Origin: Sphaeroforma arctica JP610
Lineage: Eukaryota
NCBI RefSeq assembly: GCF_001186125.1
Contig: NW_014040427.1
Coordinates: forward strand, 31,935-67,316
DNA: 35,382 bases
Direction: 5' to 3'
Shown: positions 13,803 through 24,568 of the stretch, piece by piece
Numbering within the stretch: the first letter of the stretch is position 1
Layout of the letters: each line of letters begins with the position of its first letter
The notes under the pieces: model-generated
The model's database searches: none
The model's input: the letters and a program-made list of their open reading frames with translations, nothing else
What the model was told of the DNA's origin: nothing
Position numbers and translations under genes: made by a program

Positions 13803-16800
13803 TATAAGTAAGCATTCGATTATAAAAATACAAGCTTAGCTTGCACGACGAAGTCAGTATGGAACTTGAATTCGTGTCACCGAAGTCTACGCACTGGAAC
13901 ACCGCGTCAAAAATATACTAGGCCAACGATCATCCTGGCGACCATAGACCGGATTCTTTTGTGTCGCAATCGTCTGTCTGGCTGAACATCATGGAGAAAT
14001 CAAGACATATACACCAGGACAAACAGGGCACTATGCTAACAAATGAAAGCACGAGGTAAACCTATGTTGGAATGAATTATCTGACATTTGATTCCTGCAC
14101 AGATGATAGAACAGTATCCAATAAAGGAGCTAAGCAACTGTTATTTAGAATCGCTATTTCGTGGAGGCCATAGGTAGATGCTATTGTACACATAATTTTA
14201 CAATACTGCGCTTCGGAATGCGGTTATTGTACTTTTGGGCTGCACATTTAGTGGCTTGATATTAAAATAAACCTTGATTTTAGCTATTGCATTATCTGTT
14301 CTGCAACGAGTAATGTTTTTAATTCTGAGTTAGCGTTCTGGCATTGAACACCCCTAGATGATTTACCATTCGGCATGGTGTGTATTGTATGCGCGAACGA
14401 TGTTTTAGTTGATTGATCAGCAGGTTGTGATTTGCCGTATTTGGTTTCTAAAGTTTATTTACCTATTACGTTTCATAAGCTATTAAGCACTGCTGATTCA
14501 GAGCTTCCTTGCAAACCAAAAAAAGGTCACAGGTGCCTCTTGCACAACACCGGCAGGTTTGCAAAAGGTCATGTGGAAGTCCACTTCAATGTTTAGATAG
14601 CAATTTGGTCTGCCACAAGCAATTAGATTGCAGTATAACATGCTGTCCAGTCATCAATCTCACCAGCTTGCCGTTATCAAGAATCAAATAATCTAAGCTC
14701 ATTTTCCACGGTTTTAAACTTGGTAAGGCTGAGGGTTTGCTCGTGTTTTTCTGAGACACACTGACTATCAATTAGATAATTAGTGCACTGAAGGACCGAC
14801 AGCACGACAAAATCAGCCAAGTAGATTTACTAGATTCTATATGGCAGAAATTTCACTTTGTAAGTACAAAGGTTCTCAATGACGAAAAAAAGTCATTCAG
14901 CCTGTAAGTCAGAACATTCATCTAGTTCAAAATAAATCTAGAGGAATCGATGCGCAAAATGTCTTATGAACATTTTGCCAACTGTAACCCTCGCCTGCTT
15001 ATCTTATTAGCCAAGTTCACTACAATATTGCCTCTTCTCGTTCTAGCACTTCATTCGTAATCAAGTATGGGAGTTCTTCTTTCATATACTGAGAATACAG
15101 AAGCATAACTAAGCGATTCGATGTAATCGAACCTAATAATATGACCTCTGTTCAAACCAGTCGGGATAGAACAGGTATAACCCATTTTTTCTGAGCTCTC
15201 TAGGCTGATTGCGTGTGGAGGAATTGCGAATAAATATATTTTATACTCAAGGCCTGGAATATACTTGCAAAATTTATTTTATACGTGTAGCCTGGGATAT
15301 ACTCACAAAGCATGCATTTTAAGATAGTGCGTACGCACCCATAACTTGGTTGTAGGAGTATGTTTCATGTACGCTATGTAGTATTATTACATCTATGCCC
15401 TACTCGCAGAGCAGACATAGATGTGTTGTAAGAGTATGCTTCAGGTACGTTTTATAATAATAGTACTTTGTTTGCTACTGTAACATCAATTGAACATAAT
15501 AAGCCCCAAGTTTGATAGTGTACTATATATTAAGCTGAATAAAAATGTGTAATGTGAACAATGACAGCATGAATCTTATTCGAAAGAAATTGATATTGCC
15601 CATACTGGCTATAAACCAAAATAGGAAGTTGCAGGCAGCGGAAAAAAAAATCTAAAACGATGCGTTCAACGTGTGATCGCTCACCTATGAAGCCTGACAG
15701 TAGGGGCTGGTGAAAACAGTCTAACAATGAATGTTGTATCACATCGATCGCATTCTGCAAAAAGTACCTTCCAACTGCTGTGATAATACGAAATCTCCCT
15801 TGAGTTACAGACAACAAATTATAAAACATTGACAAACTATGTAGATTGAAATCGTCAAGATGACTCACCTTATAATTGCTGTCTACTTTATCGAATCTTT
15901 CGGGCTGAGTTAGTTGTATCGGTATAAAATTTCGAAACATAAGGGGTGTGTATGTGTATCATATGTAGTACCCGGACCACTTCCGTCGTCTCGACTTAAG
16001 AATAAACCCATTAACGAAGTTTAACATCACAGCTTTTATGTTTATATGAGCGAAATCAACATTCCAAGCAAAATGAAAATCATATCTGAATTCATATTCG
16101 AAATCATTTTGATACCAGCAACCGTCGATAACTACATTTGTGGACTCTCAGGATTGCGGTTTGATTTATTACGGTAAGAACGCAACTCCGACAATATAAT
16201 TCATTAAAAAAAAAATTTTAAGAACTCGTTTAAAGTAAGTTGCGGTCAATCACAGAACCGCGATCGATGTCTCGGAATCTAATTCCTTGGTGGAATAGCT
16301 TGTAGCTCGGGTATACATATCATAAACTATGGAAACCATTCAATTGGTGTGCGATGATTCAAAAACTATAAGTTGAATCACTGTAACATTACTCTATGAT
16401 GCACTATGCCTCGATAGCTGATAGCTGACTGTAGGCGTGTGTGTGTGTAACTTTGCACATTATTTAGCTATCAACAAATGTCAGCCAACATCATCTAAAC
16501 GCACGCGCGTACGTGTTTACCTCCAAAAAACCTTACTAAGCGTTATACTATGAGAGGCAGATGCATTTAGTAGAATATAAGATTTGTAGCTTGGCCTTTA
16601 CAGTCCTTATTTGACTTGACAGGCTCGATTTGAAGCAAGCGAGTAAAAATACACACTGCATATGAAGCACGCAAACCCCCCCCCATATGATATTGTGAGA
16701 TTAAGGTATATTAATACAGCAAACCTACTTGTTAACAAATATAGTTGCAGATACAATGCAAATTCCATATTCAATCATTACAAGATGCACGTTCAATGTG

Positions 16801-17693
16801 TTACATCGCTTGCATTAGTTTCCATGAAGTCCATCCATGCAGCAATCACCACACATAACTACAATAATGTTTGACTTTGTCAGATAAGAGAAGTAACTTG
16901 CTCTCTTGCTATCTATATTAACTATGGTGCATACCATAATACATATGGCAAGATCAATCTGAGCAGTTGCCAGCAGAGACCGACACACACACACACACAT
17001 TGAATTCCCCGGGTTATCACTTATAGCTCAACTAATTTCTAGTCCTTTAAATCATTCATCTATTCAGGGCAGAACTAAAACTTAGGGCTGTCTCCTGCCT
17101 GACCTTGAGAATCTCACAACATTGGACAATGCTGATAGACTCGTAGAAACTTCTATGGTTTAGTATTCAGGTCTCAAAGACTGGGTTGGTTGGGCAATTG
17201 AACATTCATGGACATCACTTTACGATTGTTGATAAGGAATTACCTTAAATGTACACGAGGAATCCTAAAAAGTGGAATTGTCACTAAACATATTTGATCA
17301 AAATTCCAGTACGTTTTTGTCAGAACAATTGACTGAATGTACGTTTAGTGACTTTTCCACATTGTCAATGTACCTTTAGAGACTTGTCCATTGTTTATAA
17401 GAGAACCCCAACTATAGAAGTGCACGATCAGCCGCGGGCAATACACACAATTCTGTTTTCACAATTAAAGTTCACTTTGTCTTTTATTCCCCGGTTTACA
17501 ATATCACTGACAATAGTAATTCCAAGTAAAACCAGGAGACACATAAACAAAATGAAATCTCACGTGGCACGTGGGGACTTATCTGATACAATATGCTGGT
17601 CCCCACTCCACTGAGCAAATTTACATTCTATGTCGAAAGCACTATTCGATAACTACATAGAAAATTATACGAAGACTCAACCACGAGGTACAC

Positions 17694-18020
17694 TTATCCG
17701 GATCAGACGCTTCACCAAACATGCTGTAGACCAACTTGTTATATTGATTGCCAGGATAGGCTATCATGTGTCTATATCAAGTGATTTACAGTTTCAAATT
17801 ATTGGAGATGAAGTCATATAGCGGCATTTACAATTTACATGATGCGCCTGTCACGATTAGTTATCAGGATCAGTTACTTCACCAAACATCCTATAGATCA
17901 ACTTACTGATCGCCAGGGTAGGTTATCATGTGTTTACACCGAGTGATATATAATTACAAGCTATTGGGGATGAAGTCATATAGCGGCTTTTATAATCTAC
18001 ATTATGCGCATGTGATGATT
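17694..18020. repeat. Diverged tandem dimer, about 167 bp unit
   Basis: TTATCmGGATCAG..CTTCACCAAACAT...GATGAAGTCATATAGCGGC occurs at 17694 and 17861. Confidence 0.8.
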
Positions 18021-18068
18021 CATAGGTTGTATTCTTACTCACTATGTACACACCATGCCGACCAAAAT

Positions 18069-18405
18069 CTGGAAGAAAATAACCAACGGTAAACCTGTGA
18101 CTATGGCTAAAGTGATCGCTCTCTACACACGAGTGGCTCGTGATGACACTACTTTTTCATTTTTACTGTTTTCAATCACTACGGTAGCCCTCGCTGAGAG
18201 AAATATACAACCATGATTATATTATATTTCGAACACCTGGAAGGAAATAACCAACGGTAACCTGTGACTATGGCTAAAGTGATCTCTCTCTACACATGAA
18301 TGGCTCGTGATTACATTACTCTTTTTGTTTTTGCTGTTTATAATCACTACAGTGGCCCTTGCTGAAAGAAATATACAACCATAATTATATTATATTTCAA
18401 GCACA
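18069..18405. repeat. Tandem dimer, about 168 bp unit
   Basis: CTGGAAG..AAATAACCAACGGTAA..CCTGTGACTATGGCTAAAGTGATC starts at 18069 and 18237. Confidence 0.85.
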
Positions 18406-19264
18406 TCCCCGAATTCGTGAAACTTGTTTTGCTGCTTTTAGTCACTTTGCTGCTTTTAGTCACTTTGCTGCTTTTAGTCACTTTGCTGCTTTTTGTCACT
18501 ACGGTAACCATCGCTGATAGAAATATGCAACAATAATTATAGTCCATTAGAACCCTTCGCCGAATTCGTGAAACGATCACGAAGGTGACATATAGGGGGA
18601 GAGGACGAACATGGCAACATTGTCTCGCCCATCCGCGCCTATATTAGCAAGCAACAACTGAGAGCAGATGTTTCATAACCTTCTGTCAAACAGAAAATTA
18701 AAGCATTGCCAACATCCAGTCCTACCTGTACTGACTACCAAGCGACCATTTGTTTGTGCAAACGGCTTGCGTGTACTGTATTTTGTACTTCATCGAAGAC
18801 TGTTTTCAATGGATGAACCTCTTTTTGTTTTTGCTGTTTTTAATCACTACGGTGGCACTTGCTGAAAGAACTATACAACCATAATTATATTATATTTCAA
18901 GCACACCCCCGAATTCGTGAAACTTGTTTTGCTGCTTTTAGTCACTACGGTAGCCATCGCTGATAGAAATATGCAACAATAATTATAGTCCATTAGAACC
19001 CTTCGCCGAATTCGTGAAACGATCACGAAGGTGACATATAGGGGGAGAGGACGAACATGGCAACATTGTCTCGCCCATCCGCGCCTATATTAGCAAGCAA
19101 CAACTGAGAGCAGATGTTTCATAGCCTTCTGTCAAACAGAAAATTAAAGCATTGCCAACATCCAGTCCTACCTGTACTGACTACCAAGCGACCATTTGTT
19201 TGTGTAAACGGCTTGCATGTACTGTATTTTGTACTTCATCGAAGACTGTTTTCAATGGATGAAC
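18319..19264. repeat. Near-identical tandem duplication (500 bp + 446 bp) with a nested 18-bp repeat
   Basis: Copy 1 is 18319-18818 and copy 2 is 18819-19264. Copy 1 has TTTGCTGCTTTTAGTCAC x4 (18428-18499) and copy 2 has one unit, which accounts exactly for the 54-bp difference. Confidence 0.92.
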
Positions 19265-22200
19265 TATGAGAAAATAATATGAACTTCCATTTCATAAGCG
19301 TGACGGAATATGTACCTATACCTTGCGGAAATATTCTTGAAAATTCTCTGCTTTGCTTAATTTTGTTCACTTGGTCTTTGTACATAACTGATTATATTGA
19401 TATGGTACAACTTACAACAAATGGCACGGTCAAACCTATTTTGTGGAAACGAACTTGTATTTGAAAGGTATTAAACTCATGTTCTTCGGCCAACCTATTT
19501 TTCTTCTTCTGCGTTAATAGAATTGAGTTTTACATGCTCCGCCATCAGCGGTGGAAGATCAATGCAATCTGAAAGTCCATGTAAATTTGGAAAATTTAGC
19601 ACGCCTGGTTTTGCCACAACCCAGGGCTAGGAGTGGTAAAGCGCTATTGCTGTCGCTGATCCGCTATGACCTGTACGAGCTCTTCTACTCGGTAGCACAC
19701 TGTTAAACACTGTATCGTGCGGCAAAGTTCATCCACGACAATATCAGCAGGCAGTCTAAATTTGTTACCGGTTCCCGCATGAGAAGGCGCATCACTATTG
19801 TATGAAGTACCTAAGTCTCTTTAAATAACTAGACAGAGATGATATTGAAATATGGTAACTCACAGGCTGGTTTTATGCTAGCATGCGCGTGAACACACCA
19901 TGGTTATCATTGAAAAATTTTTACGGAGCACAAATGCCAACTTTCTTGCAAATAAAATAGCACAATAAAGTGTTCCAGTTTTAACGGATAAAACTGTAAC
20001 TCGATCTAGTGTTTATAACTACATTTAGCAGTGTTAAAGTGTCTCCTTGAATGTCGGCTTTAAAGTCGGCGTGTGCAGGGCCTAACCAAAAGCTTAACAT
20101 GTCTTCATTGATGTAGTAGAATATACCTTTTATAACAACTTATGATAGTAGATCGAACTAATTATAATTGTTCACTCATTTAGAGACTATTTTTCTAATT
20201 CCGGTCATACCTTTAGCACTCACTTCATTTATTAAAAACGAAATGTATGTTTTTCTACCCAGCGATTATGCTCACTTTATCCTAACCCATGAAAGTCCAT
20301 GCTACGAACGAGACCATATGATAGAGTATACATGTCGATGCCACTATGACACACGCGATATCATTGTGATACTACACAGTATCTAAAATCGGCATCAGTT
20401 CCCGCGAAAATAGATACTACTGTCTGGGTTTCAATGCTTGTGGTGAATTACAACACGTGCTGAGATTACAAACCAACAGTAAGTGGATGTAAGTACTTAT
20501 AAAGTGGGCTTATATCACTCCCATATGATAACTATAGTTGATTAATGTTGTATTTAATCCAAACTCAGTTCCGAGAGATTGCTTCCCTAGAGTTCAGACT
20601 AGCGGCGCCAATGCACTTCAGGAACTTTTATTCTTCTGCCGACATATTATCAAATACTTTCATCGAGGGAAACACACAGGACGCAGTTTCAAACGATTTT
20701 AACTTGACCATGCAATAATTAGCTAGCATGATAATTTTCATGGTTGGAGCGATTGGGCCATCGACCTATCTACGAGGTGTCCGTATACTACGATTACAAT
20801 ATACAAATTGATTATCAGTTCAGTTAATTATCATACAAATGCATTTGCCATCTCTAGTGAGGGTGCTTAATTCATGCTACCCCATTTGATCCCTTCAGTT
20901 GATTAACATATATGTGTATTTCTTATTCTCGAGCAAGGATACTTGATTCATGGCACCTCTTATAGTTGACCTCGGAACGAGGACCCGAGGTGAGGAATAC
21001 ACTATGCACATTCGGTAACTGACATATACACTGTAATATTTGTATAGACACGGGTTTGACTGCTTATGTAGTTGCTTAGAAAATATAGCGAATGAGATCA
21101 CATATATGGATGGGATGATGTATACCATTGTCGCTCACATAATGTACACATATTCGATCCAAGTTCAGCTCGTGAGGGAATACATACCCAGTACTTAGAT
21201 CAGTGAACAGTCTCACGTACAAATAGCAATATTTCATCAATCTAGCTGGACAGACGACGAGATTATAAAGAAATTCCTTTTCCGGATCACATGCTTTCGA
21301 GGTAAAAGTGAATAGTTCTGACAGTGTCGTGATACAGATTATATTTGCTTAGCATCGTCAAAGGTGAATTCATCTCCTGGGGGTATACAGTCAAGCATCT
21401 CTACGCTGAAGAAACATATGAGTTATTCTCCTCGGCTTGATGACCCGATGTTGATTTTTTAATCGTAGACATAATTTGTTGCATGTCGCGAGCACTATCT
21501 CACTCTTGTATTCCCCGTAATGTAAAGCAAACCGTTCGATGCTTGATTGTACTTCGAATATTGCCTTCACATTTTGTGTCTATCGCCGGATGCTAATGAA
21601 GGCGGAAAGTGGTGTTGATAGCCACAGATATGCAAAGTAAACAGTCAGTCTTATTAAAATTTAAAACAATCCTTGATACAACCATGTATAATAGTAATAA
21701 TGATACTGAGAACTGATGGAAAAAGTGACAAACTCTTTCTTTGCCAAAGTACGGGCAGGACGAGCACTTCTTGCTGGTATACTAGCTCGGGTTCGAGTGG
21801 GTACGAAATACCATATTTTATCGGCCGGTGCATGTACGAATTTACGGTATACATTCCTTGCCCTATTCCACCACAGCAAAAACATAGAATCTACCATAAG
21901 TTTTCTGTAGTCGATTCGGCAATGCGCCCATCTTCCACAATCTGAAGGAGTGAATGAAGTATTCAGAGCAAATCATTTATGTACACTGGATAGAGTTACA
22001 ACTACAGCCTGAGAAATGAGTGCTACTACTTGTTACTACAGTAGATAGACGCTTTTACATAGTAAGCGGAAAACTACTTCATTTTCGAGAAGCCCAATTT
22101 CAGAGCAACGAACAGTCTCATTCGCATGATAATCGAGAAGCGAGGGTTAAACACTCGGTAATGAGCAGAGCAATAACCTTTAGAGTTTGTTTGCCTGTAT

Positions 22201-22849
22201 GACGTGATGGAAGCGCTTTGATTTGTCACCCGCAATCTGATGCGGTGCAAACATAGGAGAGTTTTGTGGTTGTGTGCATCTAATATGAATTGGAGATAAA
22301 TACTTACGAGTATTCGTCATAAATGCTTTTAGCATGTAGCACAGGATATTCTCTCGAACCTGGATGTTTCTAACAGGTAACACTAGATGTCTAAATGCAA
22401 ACCGATTCAAGTACATTGTTCATTTGACATAATAACTGAATAGAATCAGATAGGAGAGCTTCATAATAGTCTGACAAACTGATCCGGTGCAAATACAACT
22501 AAATATTTCACTGCGGCAATGCAGCATTTAGAAACCGCTCGTATATGACATAAGGTGACTTGCTAGTGAAATTTGTCATGCACTAACATTGATGACAAGT
22601 AAGTTGGTGGCCATAGAGCTTCTTAAACATATATATTCAGTTTAAACATTAGACAAGTACGAATGATATGTAATCCCAAAAGTGGACCAATGCACCGAAA
22701 AGTTTGTATCGGGTACCAAGGTAAACATTTCGCAGCTTCTTGGGTATTAAGCCCATGTTTGGAGCAAAAGAGCAGTGTAATATGTTTTGAAGGTAAACCC
22801 AATGCACATACCTTGTATCTACTAGTGTTTTATAGGCCGCTTACTCTGG

Positions 22850-23312
22850 AAATATACGATAGTAGTTATCATATTGTCAGTATAGGATATAACCCCAAAA
22901 TTACTCATCTTAGACGCAGCGAGCACTTTACTCGGGATTTTATCCCATTTCTGGAAGTAATAAACACAAAGCACATGCTTAACCTCTACTGGTATACAGG
23001 CCGGATTTTATTGGAAACAGCTAATAGTAGATATCTGAACTCGAGTGTCAAGCCTGTGTTAAGAAACAAGTGAACATTGTTGTACTAATTCGAAAGGGTA
23101 TGCTTGGCCAATGCTATATAGTAGGTCGAATATATGGAAAACATCTGGTAGTAGATACTTAACGGAAGTATAGGATAATACCCTATTATCATCCATCCTA
23201 TATCCAGATAGCACTTAGCTCAGGCATTGTGTTCATCCTGAGAAGAAAGTAGACGTCTCAGTATGTTGAAAGGAATCATTACTTGGGGAATAGCTGATAG
23301 TAAATATCTTAC
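22850..23312. repeat. Old, highly diverged direct repeat (about 290 bp spacing)
   Basis: Shared blocks TAGTAG..AGTATAGGATA..CCC, AGCACTT..CTC.GG and GGAA..AGCT.ATAGTA.ATATCT at about 22860-23038 and 23148-23310. Confidence 0.5.
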
Positions 23313-23675
23313 CAACAGTATAGGTTACCACTCAAGTATACTCTATCATAGACGCACATATTTAGAACTTTGATCTGGTACGAAGCAGCCTATTAAAGCC
23401 TATTATTGATAAAAATGAAGTTGGTGTGGTTGTGCGATTTTCGTGTCTGTTCAATGGGGCCATTGTTTTGTGACAATCAGACATATATATTGTCTACCCT
23501 GAACTATCCCAGAGGTATATATTGTACCCTGGATGTGCCGTACGTACTTTGTGTCCAATTCTTATCACAAAATTATGTGAAGTAAGATACGACCATGAGA
23601 AACAATATCTTAATTTCGTTTATCTCAGCTATGAAACGTCCCGGTGTGAGAGAAGCACCATGTGTTTCATTTCGG

Positions 23676-23723
23676 AAAAAAAATATGAAATGAAAAATGA
23701 GAAAATAGTTAAAAATGAGAAAA
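23676..23723 (-). terminator. RNA polymerase III oligo-T terminator of the tRNA
   Basis: T4, T5 and T8 runs on the - strand beginning 4 nt after the discriminator. Confidence 0.7.
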
Positions 23724-23727
23724 TAGT

Positions 23728-23810
23728 TGACTGGTGCAGGAATCGAACCTACGCCGACATATGTCGATGGCAACTTGAGTGCCACGCCTTAACCGCTCGG
23801 CCAACCAGCT
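23728..23810 (-). tRNA. tRNA-Leu (anticodon CAA), intronless, 83 nt, with a 1:72 mismatch
   Basis: Reverse complement reads AGCTGGT TG GCC GAGCGGTTAA GGC G TGGCA CTCAAGT TGCCA T CGAC ATAT GTCG GC GTAGG TTCGATT CCTGC ACCAGTC A. A box, B box, long variable arm and discriminator A are all present. Confidence 0.92.
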
Positions 23811-23901
23811 CATGTAATTCAAATGTCATTACACTATATTATCTACCACAATCAAAATCCAATCCTTCACGAAGTGTATCTACTCATCAGCTTATATTTA
23901 A

Positions 23902-24054
23902 GCTGGTTGGTCTCCCATCATTTCCCACAGGCACCTTATCACGAGCGTGTAAATGATCTTAGATCGGCCGCATTCGCGCTGCTACCAGTGACAGGCTTGT
24001 GAGGGGTTGAGGGAATCTCTTGCAAGATTATTGTGTATGGTAGCTGACGACTGG
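23902..24054 (+). ncRNA. Candidate HDV-like (delta) self-cleaving ribozyme
   Basis: P1 GCTGGT(23902-07)/ACCAGT(23984-89) with a G.U first pair; P3 GCA/TGC around L3 TTCGCGC; P1.1 T23974-A23991 and C23975-G23990; 13-bp P4 hairpin 23996-24026; J4/2 GCTGA with C24044; weak P2 TCGGCC/GACTGG. Confidence 0.55.
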
Positions 24055-24568
24055 CAATAAGAGCAAACGTGTATACACTGGTAGCTTAATTTGTAAGTAC
24101 TCGTTCCTACCTTCAGTAAGTTGTCCGGGGGTTACTATCACGGGGTTGCGTGTCTCGTATTAATTAGGATTTACGCGGAGTTCTTATACGCTGGTGCGCA
24201 ACCTTCGAGTGTCTGAAACAAGATCATTGAACGAATGAGTATGACAACTGTGATTAAAACCGCATATTGCACTGTGTTTTCGTGTATAGCAAAAGACGGT
24301 GGGATGGTTATAAGACACATAGTGTTGTATATGAGACTCGTTAGTCAAAATTTTATTCCGCACAAAGTATGACCCTCACGCACTAATTTCATTTTAAGCA
24401 TTGATCACATATCGCTTAGATGAAACCAAATAATCATGCTTCGTAAGCCATTGTGCCGCTTTTGGTCAATTCAGCGTCTCAGTGCTTATATCCGAGGATA
24501 AGTACCTTCACTTCATATAAGATCTAGACAGATTTTTTAGATACTTCGGTCGCTATACAACGACTATA

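Noticed and set aside
12171..13839. Poly-M/T and poly-S/H ORFs
   Set aside because: Alternative frames and antisense of the ANP32 acidic exons
15530..15940. 136-aa - strand ORF
   Set aside because: No recognisable motif, no convincing splice context, composition like non-coding DNA
20053..20085. Short palindrome followed by CTAA, resembling a Helitron 3' end
   Set aside because: The stem relies on several G.T pairs, the base after CTAA is not T, and no matching 5' end or Rep/helicase remnant was seen
23522..23956. 144-aa + strand ORF
   Set aside because: Antisense overlap of the tRNA and its terminator; no protein features
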